Assembly: GCA_030427445.1 (NCBI GenBank)
Contig: JAUIBQ010000003.1
Coordinates: forward strand, 1,931-65,930
DNA length: 64,000 nt
Source: a bacterium
Lineage (GTDB): Bacteria > Patescibacteriota > Saccharimonadia > Saccharimonadales > SZUA-47
Reading direction: 5' to 3'
The notes under the pieces are model-generated. The model ran no database searches. It saw only the letters and a program-made list of their open reading frames with translations, and was not told the origin of the DNA. How positions within the stretch are numbered: position 1 is the first letter of the stretch; each line of letters opens with the position of its first letter. Below are positions 59,818 through 64,000 of this stretch, one piece after another. A program made the translations under genes and the position numbers.

Positions 59818-60990
59818 TTAATATGGTGTGATTTTAAGTAAAACATCTGTTGCGTCACCGTTATCGGTTGTCACATATAGCGCGCCATCATCTGATTGAT
59901 AGACGGAGCGGATTCTGCCGTATTTACCCTTGTACCACTCTTCTTGGCCTTCAATGTTGCCATTTTCATCAAAAGAGAACACTCGAATATGCTGAGTTTT
60001 TAGCATCGCTACTAACAACGCACCATCATACTGACCCCACTGTTCACCATACATAAATGTCGCGCCAGACGGAGCAAGTGTCGGACTACCGGATGACCAT
60101 AGTGCCTCAACTGCATTTGGGAATTCATCTTTATCGGTCATCGGGACACGCTCGTTATAGCCCGGTACCGGGTCCCAACCGAAATTAGCACCGCGCATTA
60201 TTTCGTTTATTTCATCATCTACATCTGGTCCGTGCTCTGTCGTAACACCGACGAATGGCTCTCCATCATCAGTGAAAGCTATCCCTTGGGTATTGCGGTG
60301 CCCATAACTATACACTCGATTATCACCTTCACTAGTAGGGTTACCGGGTGCCGCGTTGCCATCGCGATCCACTCGCAGTAGCTTCCCTGCAAGTGATGAC
60401 CTGTCTTGAGGGTTGGAGCCAATTGCCACATCTCCAGTTCCAATCCACAAGTAGTTGTCTGGCCCAAAGCGTGGTCTACATCCTGAGTGACGACCATCAA
60501 ATGTCGATCTGTTCACTGGGATGTCAGTCACAATATCCTCCTGATTTGTAAGCTCTTCACCTGTCCATTCCCACCGACTAACCCGAATATCACTGTTTGT
60601 CGCATAGCAAGCATACACAAAACTGTTGTCTTTAAACTCGCTGTCCGCCGTAAGCCCCATCAAACCACCTTCACCACTTGGATTTACTAATGGGATATCA
60701 AGAACCAACTCAACTCCATTTTCGGAAACTTTACTAATCTGACCATCATCCTCAGTGAAGAGTACTGTCTGATCTGGCAAAACGACGACATCCCACGGTT
60801 TTGTGAGCGACTCAGCAAGCACTTCCACAGTAAAATCTTCAACCGAAACTTCTTTAACTGTATTATCGACTGTTTCAATCAATGTCAACTCTACTTGTTC
60901 TTCTTGGCTTCGGCTATCCATAATCCACCATGCACCAACGAGAACACCGACTAAAACTACAAAAATGCCAAGTTTTTTCACAATGCTCAT
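59818..60990 (-). CDS. PQQ-dependent sugar (glucose/sorbosone) dehydrogenase-like beta-propeller, membrane-anchored
   Basis: 390-aa ORF with an N-terminal anchor and HSGCRPRFGPD, GHRNTQGIAF and NFGWDP motifs typical of the soluble aldose dehydrogenase family. Confidence 0.7.
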   Translation of the reverse strand: MSIVKKLGIFVVLVGVLVGAWWIMDSRSQEEQVELTLIETVDNTVKEVSVEDFTVEVLAESLTKPWDVVVLPDQTVLFTEDDGQISKVSENGVELVLDIPLVNPSGEGGLMGLTADSEFKDNSFVYACYATNSDIRVSRWEWTGEELTNQEDIVTDIPVNRSTFDGRHSGCRPRFGPDNYLWIGTGDVAIGSNPQDRSSLAGKLLRVDRDGNAAPGNPTSEGDNRVYSYGHRNTQGIAFTDDGEPFVGVTTEHGPDVDDEINEIMRGANFGWDPVPGYNERVPMTDKDEFPNAVEALWSSGSPTLAPSGATFMYGEQWGQYDGALLVAMLKTQHIRVFSFDENGNIEGQEEWYKGKYGRIRSVYQSDDGALYVTTDNGDATDVLLKITPY

Positions 60991-61020
60991 GCTTACAAGT
61001 GTAGCATGTGCGAGTATTTC

Positions 61021-62091
61021 TTAGGTGATTATTCCTCCGCCTAGACAGACTTCATTCGCGTATAGTACTGCTGATTGCCCAGGAGTACACGCTCTGATCT
61101 TTTCTGAAAGTGCAATCTTACACATACCCTCATCGATACTATCGATTTTCGCTGCAATAAGTGGTGCTCGGTGGCGAGTACGTACGAGTACGTCATCCCC
61201 TACATTTGGCATGTGCTTTATCCAATGTGTAGAACCTAAAGTCAATGTATCGCTCCACAACTCCTTAGAGTCAATCGCATTCGTAACATACACTTCATTT
61301 TTCTGCATATTTTTACCCGTAACGTAGTACGGCAGCCCACCTCCGATGTCCAAACCGTGCCTTTGACCGATGGTATAAAAGATTGCTCCTTCATGCTGTC
61401 CAATAATTACTCCGTCGTCGGTCAGAATGTAGCCTGGCTTTATGTATTTGCTTGCGTCGCCTTGTTTTGTTAAATACGTCGTCAAGAATTCTTTGATACC
61501 GACTTTGCCTACGAAACAAATACCCATTGATTCTTTCTTTTCAGCTGTGAATAACCCTCGCTTTTTAGCTTCAGCACGAACTTCTTGTTTCGTCATTTCT
61601 CCAAGCGGGAAAAGTGTGTTTTCCAATGCTTCTGAGGTAACTCTGTACAGAAAATACGTCTGATCTTTGTTAGCGTCCGTCGCTTGCAGTAACTCGCCTT
61701 TGCTGGTTTGTGCATAATGACCAGTGGCTATCATATCTGCACCATCTGCACGCGCTGTATCATAAAATAGCTTAAACTTAATCTCCTGATTGCACATGAT
61801 GTCAGGATTCGGCGTAATCCCTGCAGTAAATCCATCAATCATATACTGCACAACTCGGTCGAAATACTCTTGTTCAAAATCATACATCTTAAACGGTATG
61901 CCGAGTGAGACAGCTACTCTCTTAGCATCCATATAGTCATCGCGCCATGGGCAAGGAAAGCCAGGCAAATCTTTCGACCAATTTTTCATATAAACGCCGG
62001 TAACGTCGTAACCCTGCTCTACCAAAAGCGCAGCTGTGAGCGAACTATCCACTCCTCCAGACATACCGACATAGACTTTTTTCATAACCAT
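61021..62091 (-). CDS. mnmA: tRNA 2-thiouridine(34) synthase
   Basis: 356-aa ORF with PP-loop GMSGGVDSS, catalytic Cys regions (MCNQEIKF, GICFVG) and a C-terminal beta-barrel. Confidence 0.9.
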   Translation of the reverse strand: MVMKKVYVGMSGGVDSSLTAALLVEQGYDVTGVYMKNWSKDLPGFPCPWRDDYMDAKRVAVSLGIPFKMYDFEQEYFDRVVQYMIDGFTAGITPNPDIMCNQEIKFKLFYDTARADGADMIATGHYAQTSKGELLQATDANKDQTYFLYRVTSEALENTLFPLGEMTKQEVRAEAKKRGLFTAEKKESMGICFVGKVGIKEFLTTYLTKQGDASKYIKPGYILTDDGVIIGQHEGAIFYTIGQRHGLDIGGGLPYYVTGKNMQKNEVYVTNAIDSKELWSDTLTLGSTHWIKHMPNVGDDVLVRTRHRAPLIAAKIDSIDEGMCKIALSEKIRACTPGQSAVLYANEVCLGGGIIT

Positions 62092-62139
62092 ACTATTATA
62101 GATGAAAAGTCAATTTTCGTCGAGGTATGTAGCCAGGTT

Positions 62140-63093
62140 TTATATATCTTCGAATGGATGCTCGCCGTTGATGATGCGTCGCTTCATAACTGAAAGCATA
62201 TGTCGCTTGCCAAGCCAAAAAGTAGATACAACGAAAGGCAAAAGCAATGCTGCCGGCCACCATATAATTCTAGTCCTAATACCACTAATACCACCGGACG
62301 CATCATCTGAGTCACTCTGTCCGTCACCGCTATTAGTTTGACTTAAAGGTCCGTTTGCCACTGCAACAACCTGCAAAAACGCAGCCGCGCCGTTGTTGTC
62401 TACTACCTTAATCACAACATTGAACACACCCGGTTCGCTGTATACATGCTCTAAATCTATAGTGCCAGCAAACGGCTGAGAGAAAAGTTCAAGCTCACTC
62501 TCATCTCCCCAGTCGACAGAGAAAGCATACGGACCTGCTCCGCCACTAAGAATAATTGGCCATGTCAGTGTGTCTCCTGGGTCAGCACCTCTTTTCGCAT
62601 AGTTCGATGTGAGAGTTACTCGTGCTGGAGCACCGACATCATTTTGATTGTATTGTATCGTCACGATATTAGAGTCAGGACCTGGCTGATCTAGGTCGTC
62701 AAACACTCGAGCAACGAGCTCATTATCACCAACGAATAAATCAGTTTCAATCGTGTAGTTTCCGCCAACACAAACTGTCGATCCTGCAAAAACATTATTC
62801 TTAAACAACTTGACTAATAATCCATCAGGGCAAAGACCTGTAACTTCGATAGGCAAGTCAGTACCACTCAAATCCTGACCGTTCGTAGGAAATGTAATCG
62901 TCGCTCCAGTCGTGGGCGGCGGAGCACTTATCTGGCCAGTAAGACCAACAGACCCTGACTGCTCAGGGTCTGAAGACTGTGCACTTGCTGTCCCGGCACC
63001 TAATATCAAGAAAAATGCAGCACTCGCAAACATCACGAGCAGTACATATCTGAATATTACAGACCAAGACTCTATTAGAGATTGTGGTTTCAT
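62140..63093 (-). CDS. Secreted PKD-domain protein with C-terminal membrane anchor
   Basis: 317-aa ORF with a signal peptide, a PKD-like VDWGDESE...LEHVYSEPGVFNVVIKVVDNNG and a C-terminal TM helix. Confidence 0.6.
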   Translation of the reverse strand: MKPQSLIESWSVIFRYVLLVMFASAAFFLILGAGTASAQSSDPEQSGSVGLTGQISAPPPTTGATITFPTNGQDLSGTDLPIEVTGLCPDGLLVKLFKNNVFAGSTVCVGGNYTIETDLFVGDNELVARVFDDLDQPGPDSNIVTIQYNQNDVGAPARVTLTSNYAKRGADPGDTLTWPIILSGGAGPYAFSVDWGDESELELFSQPFAGTIDLEHVYSEPGVFNVVIKVVDNNGAAAFLQVVAVANGPLSQTNSGDGQSDSDDASGGISGIRTRIIWWPAALLLPFVVSTFWLGKRHMLSVMKRRIINGEHPFEDI

Positions 63094-63198
63094 TTATTTA
63101 TTTTTAAGTTGTTTTTGTGTAAATAGTTTACATAAACAGTATACCCGCTCATACATATAAGCACAAGCGGGTATTTTATTATTAGTAGCTTTTAGTTA

Positions 63199-64000
63199 TT
63201 ACTTACGACGAGTAGTTTTGGTGACATACTTTCGGTACATGAACCATGCAAGTACACCGATTAAGAACAATGTTCCGAGCACTGCTGCTATAAACCACAC
63301 TGGAAGGTACCAGAAAGTGCCTTCAACATTAAACAATGCTCCAGATGAACCGTGTGAGATACTTCCTCTTATAGTGTATCTTCCAGGCCAAGTTATAGGT
63401 GAGGACTCTTCAGTTACTTGCTCACCATTGACTGTAGATACTTCAACGTTTACAAATGGCTCTTCAAACCGTCGTGTTGATTCAGGAAGAACATTTTGTC
63501 GTGGAGGACCATCGTTAAGCTCATACTCGAATACGTCATTTCCTCGCCAGTCTTCGACTTGAACTTTACCGAATGGCTGTGAGAATCCGTTGCCAAGGTT
63601 ATTGATTGTAATTCCAAGAACATCAGGTTTCTTAGTGAAAATTGTACCTGATTTTAATCCTTCGTTAGAGTTTAAGTATGCCTTTACTTCAGTGATTTCA
63701 ATTTTTTCAGTGATATCACCAGGAACTTCTAGCAGTACAAGTGAACCGACAGATGCCACTAGCGCTACCTGGCCATCGCCTCTTTGACCTTGTGGTGATG
63801 CACGGTACTCTATTGATCCGAAGTAAGCTCCAGGAGCTGCGTTATCGCTTACAGTGACAGGGAATGAAACTTCTTTCTCTTCTCCTGGCTCTAGGTCAAA
63901 ACTCTCAGGAACTGTTACAAATTCTCGTAGTGAGTACTGACTCACTGAGCTATCATCAGCTAAGAATTGTGGCTGGTTTGTTACACCATCTGACTCAAAG
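63199..64000 (-). CDS. Hypothetical surface protein with C-terminal TM anchor; N-terminus beyond the window end
   Basis: The track starts it at a GTG (63945), but the frame stays open to position 64000 (FESDGVTNQPQFLADDSSV...). It has a beta-rich body, then WFIAAVLGTLFLIGVLAWF plus a basic tail. Confidence 0.55.
   Translation of the reverse strand, partial: FESDGVTNQPQFLADDSSVSQYSLREFVTVPESFDLEPGEEKEVSFPVTVSDNAAPGAYFGSIEYRASPQGQRGDGQVALVASVGSLVLLEVPGDITEKIEITEVKAYLNSNEGLKSGTIFTKKPDVLGITINNLGNGFSQPFGKVQVEDWRGNDVFEYELNDGPPRQNVLPESTRRFEEPFVNVEVSTVNGEQVTEESSPITWPGRYTIRGSISHGSSGALFNVEGTFWYLPVWFIAAVLGTLFLIGVLAWFMYRKYVTKTTRRK

Overview
Gene-dense chromosomal segment with 61 protein-coding calls (51 on the minus strand) and 3 intact tRNA genes. 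I found no rRNA, CRISPR array, integrase, transposase or recognisable defence genes. The standard genetic code fits: ORFs are long and TGA is used as a stop in ATGA overlaps. The content looks like a reduced-genome bacterium, possibly Patescibacteria/CPR of the Saccharibacteria type. That is inference only, from NAD salvage without de novo genes, many membrane-anchored secreted proteins with basic N-tails, and many short orphan genes. Housekeeping genes present: ddl, murF-like, nadD, nadE, ligA, htpX, lemA, secG, pepP-like, uvrC, uvrA, rplY, sbcB, class II photolyase, obg, mltG, ruvX, ftsA-like, alaS, mnmA, trhO. I cannot point to one unambiguous novel system. The items most worth follow-up are: (1) An NrtR-type (Nudix-wHTH) regulon with four 21-bp TTAGTGT-N7-ACACTAA boxes in two divergent promoter regions. 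It controls nadD, nadE-nrtR, pncA-pncB plus an ADP-ribosylglycohydrolase, a histidine phosphatase, a NUDT9-like ADP-ribose pyrophosphatase and an uncharacterised APH-fold kinase. (2) A translationally coupled wall cluster with two MurF-like ligases (one fused to a polytopic membrane domain), an alpha/beta hydrolase, an archaemetzincin-like Zn protease and ddl. (3) A conserved ~47-nt element found twice, each time exactly 2 nt after the stop codon of an unrelated gene. (4) A degenerate tRNA-Val duplicate that keeps an exact 21-nt 3' end and its own terminator. (5) A perfect TGTGA-N6-TCACA palindrome upstream of a coupled orphan gene pair. (6) A LysM-CHAP hydrolase with a consensus promoter, a ~225-nt leader and a probable ATT start. 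All functional calls come from motifs read by eye; no database search was possible.
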